DNA of 59,114 bases, counting the filler, from Asterionella formosa (taxonomy: Eukaryota): NCBI GenBank assembly GCA_002256025.1. It is 7 parts of 7 records of this genome, joined end to end, with 100 filler letters (N's around TTAATTAATTAA, not from the genome) between each part and the next. Parts side by side here need not be neighbours in the genome. Positions count along the whole stretch, not along the records: positions 8,478 to 16,845 come from NKIB01012270.1; positions 16,946 to 25,309 come from NKIB01012271.1; 5 more parts are not named here. The stretch is one strand, 5' to 3'. Positions 11,405 to 24,300 of this stretch are shown in pieces. Within the stretch, counting starts at the first letter, position 1. The number at the start of each line of letters is the position of its first letter. The position numbers and the translations under genes were made by a program. The notes under the pieces were generated by a model, which made no database searches, was not told the origin of the DNA, and worked only from the letters and a program-made list of their open reading frames with translations.

Positions 11405-12166
11405 TATCCCACCAAAACGTCCAATATGGCCATCCTTCGTTTTCCTTTCTAATATCAGATATGCTAGTCTCTTCTTGGGTCTATGGGCCTTGCTGCGGCC
11501 TTCTTTTGGAGCTAGCTATGCATCTCAACTGCATGCACAAAAGGGGCAAATAATATGATACACTAAATAATGTGGTCTCCATTACATCCGATGCGAGCGA
11601 TAAGCAAGAGCACAACGTACGTACCGTACCGTACCGCCTTGACGCTATGAGTCAGTTATTTATGACCAGCATGTATCATATGATATTTATGACCAGCATG
11701 TGTATCATATGTATGCCTATCATATGTATGTATGAAGCAAGCGAGGATGAGCGATTTCGCGCATCGTCGTCACGGGAAAAGAATCTGACGACAGAGTGAC
11801 GACGACGAAGGCAAAAAGGAAACCAGAGGAGCGCGAAGTAACAAGCGTCTCGTCCCTCCTTTGCACTCCTATTATAATAAACACGGTACCTGGTAGCGTT
11901 CGATAGCATCTGGTACAAGCAAAGAAATTGGGACGAACAGCAACCACGACCACGCACGCAGGAACATCATTGCTGTATGCACAGCAACAATGCAGCGATT
12001 GGTTCATACTGCGGAACAAGAAATCTTCGTACCAGTTATTATATTTCTCAGGGAAGATCCCAACCAGTCCTCTCTCCTTACTCCCTAACCAATGTCGAGC
12101 TGGTTTCTACTATAGCATCGTGCGCCTCCTTCCTACGTTGGTCGACGGCAGTGCTCGTATATAACG

Positions 12167-14596
12167 ATGCATTTGATTGAAAAGAGTGCCAAGTTTCTGC
12201 TCGTTTTTCTGATGTTGATGCCTCCGCTGGAATGTTTATCGCCTCGGATTTCGACAAGGCGACGGAGGGTTTCAGCAAATGACAAGATGTCGATTCGCAT
12301 GGTATCAACAGCAGCAGCATGCGGTGGAGAGCATGCGTTCGAACGAGCCTTAAGCATGAAGAAGGACGCCATTCACTTGGTTACAGGAACAAACGACTTT
12401 CATCAAGCGATTGAGACAATCCGGTGCATGATTTCATTGGCAGAAGAAACGCCGGATGGAAGTAAGGAGCAGGTCAGCGAGTGCGTAGAAGATACCATTC
12501 GAACACTCACTACTGTCGCATTTGCTAGGCCACATCGAGGACGAACAGCTCGAACAAGAATAACCAAGGGCCTGGAAGCCATTCAATTGCAGCTATCGTC
12601 AGCACTGACTCAACCGTACGATACAGTCCCTAGAGATACATTCATGGGCGCGCTCAGGGCGCTCTCTGGAGTCATATCCAGTGAATCCGGTTGTTCTGAT
12701 GTACCCGACGAATTCGTGAATCCAGAAGCCGCCTTTCGAATTCTACAACGACTTCTCACTGGTGTTGGCGTGCGTTCAAAATCACATTCACAATTATCTG
12801 AACGAGATTTCAATATGGTGTTGAATGCTGTCTCTAATGTTGGACGGATGGATGTCGCTCATAAAGTGGTGGCGATCCAAGAACGGCATGTCCCACCGTT
12901 GACTCCCGTCACTTACTCCATTCTACTGAAGGGTTACGGCCGGCTACGAGATCTGGAAAATGTTGAAATGATTTTATCGCATGCTCGTGCGACTCGCGTC
13001 CAGCCAGATATAGTTATGCTCAACAGCATCGTGGACGCTTACATAAACTGCGACGTTATGGACAAGGCTCAAATGGTATTCTCGAAAATGAAACAAGATG
13101 CTGCAACGCCACCCAACACTAGAACCTTCAATACCCTGTTAAAAGGACACGCCAAGAATGGAGCACTTGAGAAAGCCATCGCTTTGTCCAATGAAATGAG
13201 ATTACGTCAATTATGGGACGATGTTACGACCAACACCTTGGTTAGTGCAGCAGTGACAGCCCGAGATTTTGCATTTGCCGAATCCTTACTCGCTAATTGT
13301 ACATCTGCAAAGAGCTCAACACGGAAGAATCATCCAAATGTTGAGGCGTATACAGAACTTTTGGATGGATACGCTAAATCCGGTCAGCTACAAAAGGCGC
13401 TCGGGGTCGTTCAAATAATGAGACAACGCGGGGTGGATCCCAATTCGTACACCTACACATGCATGATTGGCGCTCTTTCCAGAGCCAGAAAGGTACAACA
13501 AGCCATCGAGACGGTGAAGTTCATGGAATCTTCTGGTGTGAAAGCTACCGTAGTAACGTACAATGCACTCATTTCCGGTTTAGTAGCATCGGAGCACGAT
13601 TTGCGAAACCAAGATGCGTACGAGTACGGAATCCATGTATCGACCGAGCAGGATGACAACTTGGACTTATACGTCGATCAAGCGATTGTCATTTTGAAAG
13701 ACATGATAGGTGCCGGTGTCCGTCCTAATGTAGTGACAGTAGCCATTTTGATTGAAGCACTTGGTCGCTGTCGTCGGCCTCGAATTGACGAAGCTGAGAC
13801 GTTGGTTGCGAAATTTGAAGCCAATCGCCTTATTCCGGAGGACAATGCAAAGGTCAAGACCGCAATGATTCGAGCATGTGGATCTGCTGGCGATTTGAAG
13901 GCCGCGTTGAATGCCTTCCGAGGAATACCACGACCGGATGTTATTGCCATCAACGCGTTCATGGATGCCGCTTGTCGATGTGGCCATGATAAATTTGCAT
14001 TTGATACATTTGCGCATTTCTTGTCCGACAATGTCACAATGCGAGTTGAACCAGATGTGATCTCCTACTCCGTTCTCATCAACGCGTTGTTGAAGAAGAA
14101 TACAGTGATGGGATTGTCAAGAGCACAAAAGTTATACAAACAAATGCGACAATCTAAGATAATGCCAGACACTGCTCTGGTTGATATCATCCTAACTGCC
14201 ATGATCCGAAGTGGTCGTTTGGGACTGCAGAAGAAGGATGTTCAATTCACTCTGACTGTTCTTGCAGACGCTGAGGGATTGAAATGGCTGCCTGGTCAGT
14301 TTCAAAGGCGGAAACAAGCTGTGCGGGTGGTCATGACCGGTCGCATGAGCGAGATTTGGAAAGATAATGAACGTATGCACGGTATTGAGTCCGATGTGGT
14401 AGACGAGCTCTTTAAGAAAAAGGGATGGAACAAAGTTGACTCTGGCTTTCGATTATGGGGAGGTGGAAAAGACGACCTTTCCTTGTTTGCTCGTGACGAC
14501 CAACCTTTGTCGAAGAAAGGAGGTGCTGCGAGTGTTGACGAGTTTCTGGCAGCCAAGGGCTGGAATGATGTTGATTCTAGCTTTCGAATATGGTGA
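12167..14596 (+). CDS. Pentatricopeptide repeat (PPR) protein, probably plastid-targeted (809 aa)
   Basis: Many 35-aa PPR motifs (VTYSILLKGYG, RTFNTLLKGHAKNG, EAYTELLDGYAKSG, VTYNALISG, ISYSVLINAL). The N-terminus has a hydrophobic signal-like segment followed by an R/S-rich transit-like segment; targeting is inferred. Confidence 0.92.
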   Translation: MHLIEKSAKFLLVFLMLMPPLECLSPRISTRRRRVSANDKMSIRMVSTAAACGGEHAFERALSMKKDAIHLVTGTNDFHQAIETIRCMISLAEETPDGSKEQVSECVEDTIRTLTTVAFARPHRGRTARTRITKGLEAIQLQLSSALTQPYDTVPRDTFMGALRALSGVISSESGCSDVPDEFVNPEAAFRILQRLLTGVGVRSKSHSQLSERDFNMVLNAVSNVGRMDVAHKVVAIQERHVPPLTPVTYSILLKGYGRLRDLENVEMILSHARATRVQPDIVMLNSIVDAYINCDVMDKAQMVFSKMKQDAATPPNTRTFNTLLKGHAKNGALEKAIALSNEMRLRQLWDDVTTNTLVSAAVTARDFAFAESLLANCTSAKSSTRKNHPNVEAYTELLDGYAKSGQLQKALGVVQIMRQRGVDPNSYTYTCMIGALSRARKVQQAIETVKFMESSGVKATVVTYNALISGLVASEHDLRNQDAYEYGIHVSTEQDDNLDLYVDQAIVILKDMIGAGVRPNVVTVAILIEALGRCRRPRIDEAETLVAKFEANRLIPEDNAKVKTAMIRACGSAGDLKAALNAFRGIPRPDVIAINAFMDAACRCGHDKFAFDTFAHFLSDNVTMRVEPDVISYSVLINALLKKNTVMGLSRAQKLYKQMRQSKIMPDTALVDIILTAMIRSGRLGLQKKDVQFTLTVLADAEGLKWLPGQFQRRKQAVRVVMTGRMSEIWKDNERMHGIESDVVDELFKKKGWNKVDSGFRLWGGGKDDLSLFARDDQPLSKKGGAASVDEFLAAKGWNDVDSSFRIW

Positions 14597-14755
14597 TGCT
14601 GCAATATGCTATGTATAGTTTCTGTGTACCAGCTACCCATTCCATAGGGTACTACTAGTTGACATGTTGAAATATTTGGATATACTTATCTTAACTCCCT
14701 CCATAATTATTTATTCTCTAATAACGTCGTACCAATACTCCCTTAGATGCTGAAT

Positions 14756-16027
14756 TTACATTTCTTCTGTCAAAAGCTCCTTGATACGAGCCTTCTTAGT
14801 TCCCAAGTCCAAGCCAAATTTATCCGATGCCGTCTGAAGGGCATGCTTGGTAGTTGCTTTGTCCAAATCAAAGCAAGCGACGTAGGCTTGGACCCACTTA
14901 CGAAGCTCCTTGTCAGTGGGCATTTTACCTTTTTCCGTCACTTCCTTGACAATTTCCTTTTTAGGGCTTGGCTTCTCCTCAATTTCACCTTTCGAAGCCC
15001 TGCTCTTTTTGTGGACAGACTCTTTCTTCTTCTTTAGGGAATCAGATGTAGCCACAACATTCTTGGCTGATTCTTTGATCGCTTCTGTTGATGGAGACCC
15101 CAGAAAGTTCAGGAGTCTGTCAACTAACGTTTCCTTGTCGATGTTCTTTTCATTCTCCGGGGGTGATCTATCCACACAGAAAAAATCGCACAATGCCTTT
15201 ATTTCTGGAATTGTGAGTTTGTAGGCCTTTTGTGTCATCTTCGCCTAAAAATAATGAGAGGAAGGATGTAAGTGCCAGTCGCATGCATAGAACACAAACA
15301 CACAAATATATAGGTCTCATACCTCAGCATCCTCGTCAACTTTTTCTCTCTTCTCCTTATCTTCGTCCTTTTCAATCGGCGACAAAAATCCAGAAAAATC
15401 CAAAAGGCGCTCTTTCTTTTCCTGATGAGATGTTTTTGCGCGAAATGGAAAGAGAAACCGAAAGGCATTGAATATCTCCTTCATTGGATCGTTCGCAGAG
15501 ACTCCTTCAATACCCGTTCTTAAAGCCGGAATGTCTTTAAGCTTGATACCACGGCCCTTTGAGACCTCCGGTAGGGGAGTCACTTCTGTAAAATCAGGCG
15601 GCTTGTATGACTCTGCTGACTTGCGCTGACGCTTACCGCTAGGCTCGGGCACTGGATCAAGTTTGTTGCGCTGTCCTCGTTTCTTGATTTCCTTCTTTGG
15701 TGTATCAGCTTCGTCTGTCATTTTCTCCATTGGTGTATCTTCTGCCTCCTTCTCATCAGCCGGTGCCTCCTTGATTATCACGTCGTCAGTCACCGGCTTT
15801 GAAGTAGCCGCATCGTGAGATTTAGGATCTTCCTCTTCTTTTGGAGTTTCTTCCTCCGATTTCTTGTTTTGTGTATCTTTTGCCTCCTTTTCATCGGCTG
15901 GTGTGTCTTTGATCATCAGCATGTCGACAGTCACTGGCGTGGCAGAAGCCTCATGAAATTTAGGATCTTCCTTTTCCTTTTGAGTTTCCTCCTCCTTCTT
16001 GGTTGCATCAATATCTGCCATGCTCAT
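14756..16027 (-). CDS. DEK: DEK-domain chromatin protein, 2 exons (16027-15323, 15244-14756; ~397 aa)
   Basis: C-terminal DEK_C motif PTDKELRKWVQAYV...FDLDKATTKHAL...KFGLDL..KKARIKELL; SAP-like KLTIPEIKALCDFF; in-phase GT-AG intron at 15322-15245. Confidence 0.85.
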
Positions 16028-16845
16028 GATGAATCGATGCTATTCCAGTTTTGAACGTTCTTCGATGATGATGTTAACAACCAGTTGAGCTATGAACAAC
16101 ACAGTCGCCAATTCAAAGTGGCGTAATGATGGTAATGTTAAAATGGCGTCAAGATGCTTGTAAGCCATCCTCAGCTAAAAAACAGGTATCATATACGGTA
16201 CACAGGTAACAGCAAGATGAGAACCCATCATGATATGTATCCATTTGTGTATACCGGTAGATCATACCCTTGGTGGTATCAGGGTATTTTATATTATCAG
16301 GTACTCCCAGGTACCCCTGGTCCATACGGTCGTAACTGATACTCCGCGTTACTGGGTGGTAAATCGGATAGCCGCCCGTAGCTCATCGTAGTAGTACCAG
16401 TAGTGTGCTGGAAATTTAGAATCACCAAATCATAGTATAGTACAGTGGCCACTGTATTTGTGAATCGTCAAGATTCCCTGGTCCATCCTCAGTCATCATT
16501 AACTGCGTACTAAATGATCATGTTTTGGTCAGACATGCATCAAGGTAGTGGGCGCGCTCTGATAATAAAAAATTATTATATCATGTGTATTATAACACAA
16601 ATCGTTGTACCCATAACCCCAAAATTTGGTCAACACAAACACAAATTTTTTACAGTTATAAATAACAGTGCATTATATAAAAAGATGTTCAGACATGAGT
16701 GACTATAAAGAATTTCCCGGAATATTTCAAGACTTGCTTGCTCATACCCGAAATGGCTTGCTCTTACCAAAAAAGATGTCGGTATCATGCATATACATAT
16801 ACACATCAATCATCCTAAAGGTATCATGAATCCTCGTCTGCTTCC

Positions 16846-16945
16846 NNNNNNNNNNNNNNNNNNNNNNNNNNNNNNNNNNNNNNNNNNNNTTAATTAATTA
16901 ANNNNNNNNNNNNNNNNNNNNNNNNNNNNNNNNNNNNNNNNNNNN
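16846..16945. other. Artificial contig linker
   Basis: N44-TTAATTAATTAA-N44. Confidence 0.99.
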
Positions 16946-17956
16946 AATTATGAATTCAAAGTGAGCATCCGTGTCCAGCAGGAGTGTGTTGGAGAAAATA
17001 TTTTAGGAAAGAAAATCCCGGTATAAATTACCTACTACATATTGAATCGAATGAATCAAGAAAGAATATGGTACCAGAGAATTCGAAAACAATCTACGCC
17101 AACAGTAAAAACCCATAATTCTATTAAAACACTTAGGAACGATTACAATCGATCACGGAGACATCGTTGTTATATCTACAGCCTATTTGGTCCCTGACGT
17201 GTCCTTACAGGATACAAGAAAGCATAGAGTGCTTCGGGACGCAATTTCAACAACTTGAAGTTCTGCGGAGTGCAAACATGCAACGGTCTGATATGGAACA
17301 GAAATGACGACAGTTTGCTCGTCCTTGGAAAGGCCAGCACGCCGCTCATGAGACTTGCGAGTGTAAAGAAATATGCCAATGAGGTGCACGATCGAGGGAA
17401 ATGACGCTGTCTTCGACGTGTGTGTCTGCCGCCATGAACTGGACAATCATGGGTCTTAGCACTGGTTCGTGTGTTCAAATGGCAGGTCTCACTGTGGATA
17501 CGACACATTGGCTGAGGCTGTCAATTCCAGAGGTCGTTTCTTTCTTTTTCGCTTAGCAGATGTTGTTGGATGGCAATTGCTGTTGGACGGTGATTGCTGA
17601 TTCCCTCTTTCGGATTGAGCTTTCAAATGGAACTGAGAAACCAGCTCATTTCGCAACGCAGCTGGCAAGGCTGCTGGTAGTTGCCATGACAACCGTTGTT
17701 GCTTCCATGGCTGCACTCAATGTTGGTAATGTGCCAGTAAGGTTGATGATAGCGTTGGCGGAGTCGTCATGTTACAAATTATTCAAATTGTTATCATAAA
17801 ACAAAAATATTAAAAGTAAGAATTATTATATTAATAATATCTACGGTAATAATAATGACAATAATACTGCAATAGAAGTATCGAAGTATCGAATGCTATA
17901 TCATCAGTATATGTGATGGCGATTATATATTGTTTCCGCCATTCTGATTGGTGGAG

Positions 17957-18175
17957 ACAATCTTCGTTTGCCCGAAGATTAATCTTCGGGAAACGAAGAT
18001 TGTTCAAGAAAATACGATGACCCTCGAAATATTCGGGCAAACGAAGATTAATCTTCGTAATCGGGGGGGATTTGCGAGTTATTTAGCCAGTAAGGGACGA
18101 AAATACGAAGATTAAACGCCCAACAGGTATCCGGGCGACTGAATCTTCGTAATTCGGGCACCGTGAGACGGGGCC
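17957..18175. mobile_element. Probable terminus of a PIF/Harbinger-like DNA transposon (body extends left)
   Basis: Ends in CCGTGAGACGGGGCC followed by TAA. Dense subterminal CGAAGATT/AATCTTCG motifs; stop-riddled coding-like sequence on the minus strand at ~17170-17775. The other end is not in the contig. Confidence 0.55.
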
Positions 18176-19694
18176 TAAGCCGGAGACTCCAGTCGAAATT
18201 ATGCACATCCAGTGCCCACTTTCTTGTCATGCGCTCGCAAATTGATGATTATCAGGTCACAATAACCCCATTGCGGTCCTGACGTTTCTTTGTGGTCCCT
18301 CAAACTCGTTTCTTTCTTTTGGCTTTCTCAACTCCACTCCACTAGTGTATGAAGGCTTTCAAGTCCAAGGAAACACGCAAAACGACAGGGACAATGACAT
18401 GGTCGAAAACACCAAAAAAGCGACCACGTGACAAAATGACCCAAGGAAGATACTGCAGGGAGAACCCACCCAGCAATCAACCAATAAATGTGCCTCTACC
18501 AAGCACATAACGACAACAACAACTACTACAACTACAATAGCAAACCTCAAGGAATAAGTGCAAACAATGCAACAAAACCAACAGTTGGAAGTACAACAAC
18601 AAAACAATGACCACTCTTGGCTTTACTTTCAACCCAACTGATGCGGCTTAGCCCCATCACAAACTACATGAGACCATGCCACGACGGACTCAATACAATC
18701 GACACCAATGTCTTTCCTTTTATATTGCTCACGCAGCAATCAAACATATTACAAAAGTCCAACAAACCAAAGCCGACAACAATTGTTGTTTTCACTTTTA
18801 ATAAAAACAAAACTGCGGCCAACACCAGTGGCCACACACACAATCAGAGCAGCCAACACGCACTCGCTCCAATCTGAATGCCTGCCATGCTATACAACTG
18901 ATAAGTTTTTTCGAAACACAACAACCAACCAACAGCAAACAATCGAACAAAAAATGTTTTGCTATCACTACACCGTTTTCTCCAAAACCGGAGAGAGGAA
19001 CCTATTTACAGATCAGATACGATCTACACCGCACATATGGGCTTACACAAATGCCACTCAACCTAGCTTGGAACCAGTTTTCACACCCATAACAGCATAA
19101 CTTCTAAACAAACCAAAACCAAACATTTCAACCCAAACCATTTTGTTTCAATCCAAAAACCTCACGAGCTTAAGTTGGTGGTGCACCTACACCTACAACA
19201 GCCATTGTCACCTAGCCTATGGCACTACAAAATATTGCAATATAGGTTGCTATAAGGAAAAACATCAACTGCCAATAATTACTTATATGTCATGGCAATC
19301 ACAACAAACAACCATGTGTACATACAGCCTGTCTACTAGTATGCCCGCATATACATTTATGGCAAGTATAGACAAATATTCATTCTTTCTTTACTATACT
19401 AACCACACAACTTCAACATATCATTAGCTTTAGATGCTAGACAAGCAATAATGTCAATATATTAAAAATTCGACAAATGCCTTTCGCATAAATATCAACA
19501 CAATATACATATTAACCAATACACCAATATGTCCAGAGTATAGCATTCAAACAAACACTACCGGTTTTAACAAAGCACACTCTATTTTCCTACCATAAAC
19601 AAAACAAAATAAACTCACTCATAATTCCTAAACTTGGAATTGTCTATATAGCCTAAAGAAAACAAAAACAAAAAAACCCACACGAAGCACCACG

Positions 19695-22448
19695 ATGCTT
19701 CCACCAGCCAAGCACCTCGTTGCCACGGCCCCCGCCACCAGCAACCACCAAAACCCAATGCTCAAACGTTACCAGACGCTCCACCACTTGTTTCACATAT
19801 CCAACCTCACTGCAGCTCAAAAAGCTACCCTACAAACAAGTCTTGTCAATGCATCTTACCGACCAACCGAGACTCCACCAAGACACCCTGATGGAACCTA
19901 CAACCTGGACCACCCTTTTGCATCTTTTTTCCAAGCTCCAACACTTGAAGAAAAAACCAAATCCCTTCGTCATGCCGAAGCCATCCTTGTCATCACACCC
20001 ATGATAACAACTACCTTCTCCTCCGCAAACCCATCCTCTCTCCTGATGGACTAAGTGGAGTAGGAACTTGTGGCCACATTGACACAGTTGACACACCAGT
20101 CACATACACTTTCCAAGTCAGTGACCTCATTTCCAATGTCATTGCCCTAGCGCTAGGAGCCTTGTCTTTGCTCCTGCAACCACACCATGTCGATGAAGGC
20201 TCAGCTTTTGATGGTCGCATCACAAAGGGTACAAAATTCAAACTACTGAAAACACCAACCAGCCTTCCAAACCCCAATGGTTGGCCAGGATACCACTCTG
20301 CCTCTGATACCCCTGATGCAGTAGAACTCCATGATCTTGAAGGTTTCTTTGGTTCTATTCCAACCATAGCCATTTTAGATGCTCCACCTACATTCCCACC
20401 TGAAGGAACACTAGATGATTACGATTTCATCTCTTACCTTGATGGCCAACACCCTTTCCTCCACTATCTTGTGGCAGCCTGGCGTTACCTCCATGAACAT
20501 ACCAAGGGGACCTCCCTGCACATCGAGAACCCTATCCTTCCTGTAAAACACAAGTATGTGAAATGGTTAGTAGAAAACGCGATCATCCCAACAAAACCCC
20601 AACAAACCTCCAGTCTCCACACAAACGATACCGCTCCCTCTGTCCTTCATACCACAGCAAAAACAAAATGGCTCACTCTTCTCTGCCAAGCCATGGCAGA
20701 CTGGAATTGCTAATCCACTTCTAACCGAGCAATCTACGAGAGCACACTTGACAACATTTCCAATGACACTTGACAACATTTCCAATGAACCTTTGGCGGA
20801 ATTCTACCCCAGCACCAAACCAACCAACCCAGACAATCTCAATGCAACAGCAGCTGGAGAGGATACCAGCAAGCCTTGGCAAACCTCCACTACCAGTTTG
20901 GAGTCCCATACCAGCTGGCAGATACTCCACAACAACTACTATTCCACCCGAATCACACCCCTATGCCAAACAGCACCCTCATGACTAACCCCGTCCCTAC
21001 TGAAGCTCTTTTTGGTCAACAATACCAAAATCAACCAGCAAACATCCGAAACCAACTGGACAGGCTTGCAACATATCATGTCTTCGCATTCCGCCAAGCA
21101 GACAACGAACCTTGTAACCCAAATGATCGAGGGTATCTTATAACATATGCTCCACTCAACACCACCTCCACCATAGCAGCCGTCGTACAATTCCGACGCC
21201 TCCTTTCTCAAACAACAAGGTCCCTCCAGAGCGCAGGAGCCGACCTAACGAGTCCCTGGCGAATTGCCGAACTCGCAATCCATGCTATAAACAACACCAC
21301 GGTGGGGAAACTGAAAGCCTGCTCACTTGCACCTTTAGATGAGCTAGTACAAGCACGATCACACAAAGACATCCTCAACGATCCAATCACACTATACCAC
21401 ATGGCATGCCCTCATGCAGATCACGCCGCAGGGTTACCAAAACCTAATGGAACACCAAACAAGGCTCACTTTCGATGAACAAGCAAACGAAGCCGATCAC
21501 CACCAAACAAAGTCAACCACAAACATCTAATGCACAAATTTAGGAGACGACTCCATCAAATCAGTTGCAAAACATTGATAAACTTTTTAATCTTACTCCG
21601 AACACTTGCCAGAACACTTTCAACAATTCCAAACTCACAGGTGTCTGCATTGACAAAACATTTTTTCAAGCTTGGTCAATACGACTTACCATGTTACCGC
21701 CAGTGCCCCCAGACGCACCAGCTTTCAAGCCATACCCAAAGCTGTACCTTACATTCTCCAGGTAGCTGCAAACGTGGTTGCAGCTGTTGCAGACATCAGC
21801 CACAACCCAATAATCCGCCATGCTATTCTTCATGGTCAACCCATTTATGACAACCACCCTGCCTTCGATGATTTTTACAACAGTTGTCGCAAAGTGAACA
21901 ATATCAACGCAGACATACAATGCAGTGCACCAACTTTTAACTCATTGTTATGCAACAGGCTTTTCATAGAACAAAGCCCCACACAAAACAAAACAAGCCC
22001 TACAGATTCCGACAAGTCTCTCCAGAGTTACTATGACCAGCAAACAAACAAACAAAGAACCAAAGATCCACAAAAGGTAATTGACAAAGATGTCGACAAA
22101 AACATTCCCATACAAACAAAGAAACCAAGAGCTGAAAATCCCATCTCAACAGTAACTTACATCAGTTTAGTCCACCCAGTTCCGGCTGATTGGAAAGTAT
22201 GGGACCATAATCCTTTAGAAGTCCCAGGATCAAATGATGTAAGACTTATTGTGTGTTTTGCACACATTACTGAGCACCAGGAGGTATGCCGTCGACCAAA
22301 CTGCCAATACCGTCACCCCACCAAACCATCCGAAATCGGCACCATAGCTGAAGCCCAAACATTCGTCAGTTGGGATGACAATGACTCCACCATCACTTGG
22401 GTGGGAGACACGAAAAATAAAATCATGGATTGGATCCAACAGATGTGA
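19695..22448 (+). pseudogene. Frameshifted gag-like ORF1 of the DIRS-like element
   Basis: Consecutive same-strand ORF pieces 19695-20054, 20162-20713, 20876-21478 and 21672-22448, ending in a CCCH-like motif CFAHITEHQEVCRRPNCQYRH. Confidence 0.6.
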
Positions 22449-23018
22449 GTAAGCTAGAAAAACAGTTACACATACAACACACCATGATCTTATTTGTAGA
22501 ACTCACTAATAACATGCCACAACACCAAAAACAAGGCTCCTCCAATTCTACAAACCCTCACAATGCAATCATAACTTGATCACCGTGGACCATGCGCAAA
22601 CTAGCCACATACGAAAAATATCATAGCCGGATTCCACAGGACCCCAGAAACCAACACATCGAACAATCTCAACTCCCTTCACAGGGAGCCAAGTCAATGC
22701 AAGCATAAAAGCAGCCTACCTTACAAGATCAAGTATCCCAAGACCAGCACAACTTGCTGTCTCACAACCCTTTGGTAAGAATACAAAAAATGTTTCAGTT
22801 ACAACAGCGCCAACAATTTACTCAACCCTATTGATTGTGATCATGAACAGGTGCACTTACCTGAAAAATGATGACTACGAAGCCCTCTGGTCCATGGACC
22901 CCAGAGTCAAACACCTCTGCCGAAACATTGTCGAATCATCCACAGTAGATTTTAGCCACTCCAAACCTGTGACCCAAACTGGACCACCCAACAAGCCATT
23001 CCACCTCATCGCACCAAA

Positions 23019-24300
23019 ATGAGGTCAGCACTCCTTCTTCAATTTAGTGGTGACATCGCTGCATGTATTCGATATGTTGGAGGAACCCTTCTTAGACTCC
23101 CCTGTCGCAGCCCAACTACCATCTTGCCCCGACTGAAGGGAATAGTTGATGAAGCCACATACCAACACATAGCCTGCATTCTTACATTCGGATGCCCAGC
23201 CAAAATCAATGCTCATTTCTCAGCCCAACAAGTCAAGGAGTATCGCACCTATGCCAACCACAAAACCATTGACTCTAACCCAACCCTGGTCGCCAAAGCC
23301 ATGAACAAAGAAGACGCACATGAGAACATTTTCACAGTCGAACGTATGCTCGGTTTGTTCATCACAAATATCAGCTACACCGCTCAAGTTATCTTAATAA
23401 AACCAAACAAAAAGGACAGATTGATCAATGACAGTTCCTTCCAACTTACCCAAATTTCAATACCATACAACGCGTTCACAAACAAAAAGGATGAACCACC
23501 CTGCACATTTGGACCGGCCTTCATTACCCTTTTGATTGACGTATACAACCTTCGCATCTCATTTCCCAACCATGAACTACGACTGGGATCCAATGACATC
23601 ACCGGAGCCTTCCGTCTGTTGAAATTTGCACCAGAGGCTGTCAGTGGGAAAGCCATTCAAGTGGGAAACAACCTACATTTTGCAGTTGCCCAAACTTTTG
23701 GCAACACAACCAGCCCACCAAATTGGGATCCATTCTCAAGAACCACCTCTCAAATTGCGTCCCATTTACTCAAAACGAATGTTGACCTCCCAACCCACCA
23801 AACATACATGAACAAAGTAAAAGTTAGCCCAGATCCAGAATACAAATCCATCACTTTCACAAAAGCAACCAAAGACAAATTCAACCCTGGAAAACTTACT
23901 GACCACAACACAGTTTCCCCACCAAACTTTGCCATGCATGTCGATGACAAAATCTATGAAGCAGCATCCATTGATCACATACTCAGGGCTACCACAGCAT
24001 CTATCACAGCAAACAATTTGGTACGTGGTCTTCTAGATCACAACTTGAAACCTGATGCTACAGACATGGATAAACTCCACGAAACAGAGATTTCCTACCG
24101 CAGAAACATCCTGGGAAAACTTGTTAACACAAGGACAATGACAGGCAGGGAGTCTACCCATTGACAAAAGGGTTGCAATACACACAGCTCTAACCACTAC
24201 ATGGGGCACCCAAAGAACAAGCTTCACACTCCTGGAAGCCATCCAGCTGGCAGGCTTCCTTGTCAATGCAACTCAATATTCCAATGGGGAGCATTCATGA
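23019..24300 (+). pseudogene. Reverse transcriptase (DIRS-type) plus the start of the following domain, frameshifted near 24150
   Basis: KPNKKDRLINDSSF, YNLRISFP...NDITGAFR, QTFGNTTSPPNWDP, MHVDD (YxDD box), ILGKLVNTRTMT. Confidence 0.85.

Larger units (their letters stand above)
18230..24300 (+). mobile_element. Degenerate DIRS/Ngaro-like (tyrosine-recombinase class) retrotransposon, 3'-truncated; left boundary approximate
   Basis: A/C-rich strand with a fragmented long ORF1 and a DIRS-type RT. The recombinase itself is not visible, so the class rests on RT motifs only. Confidence 0.7.
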
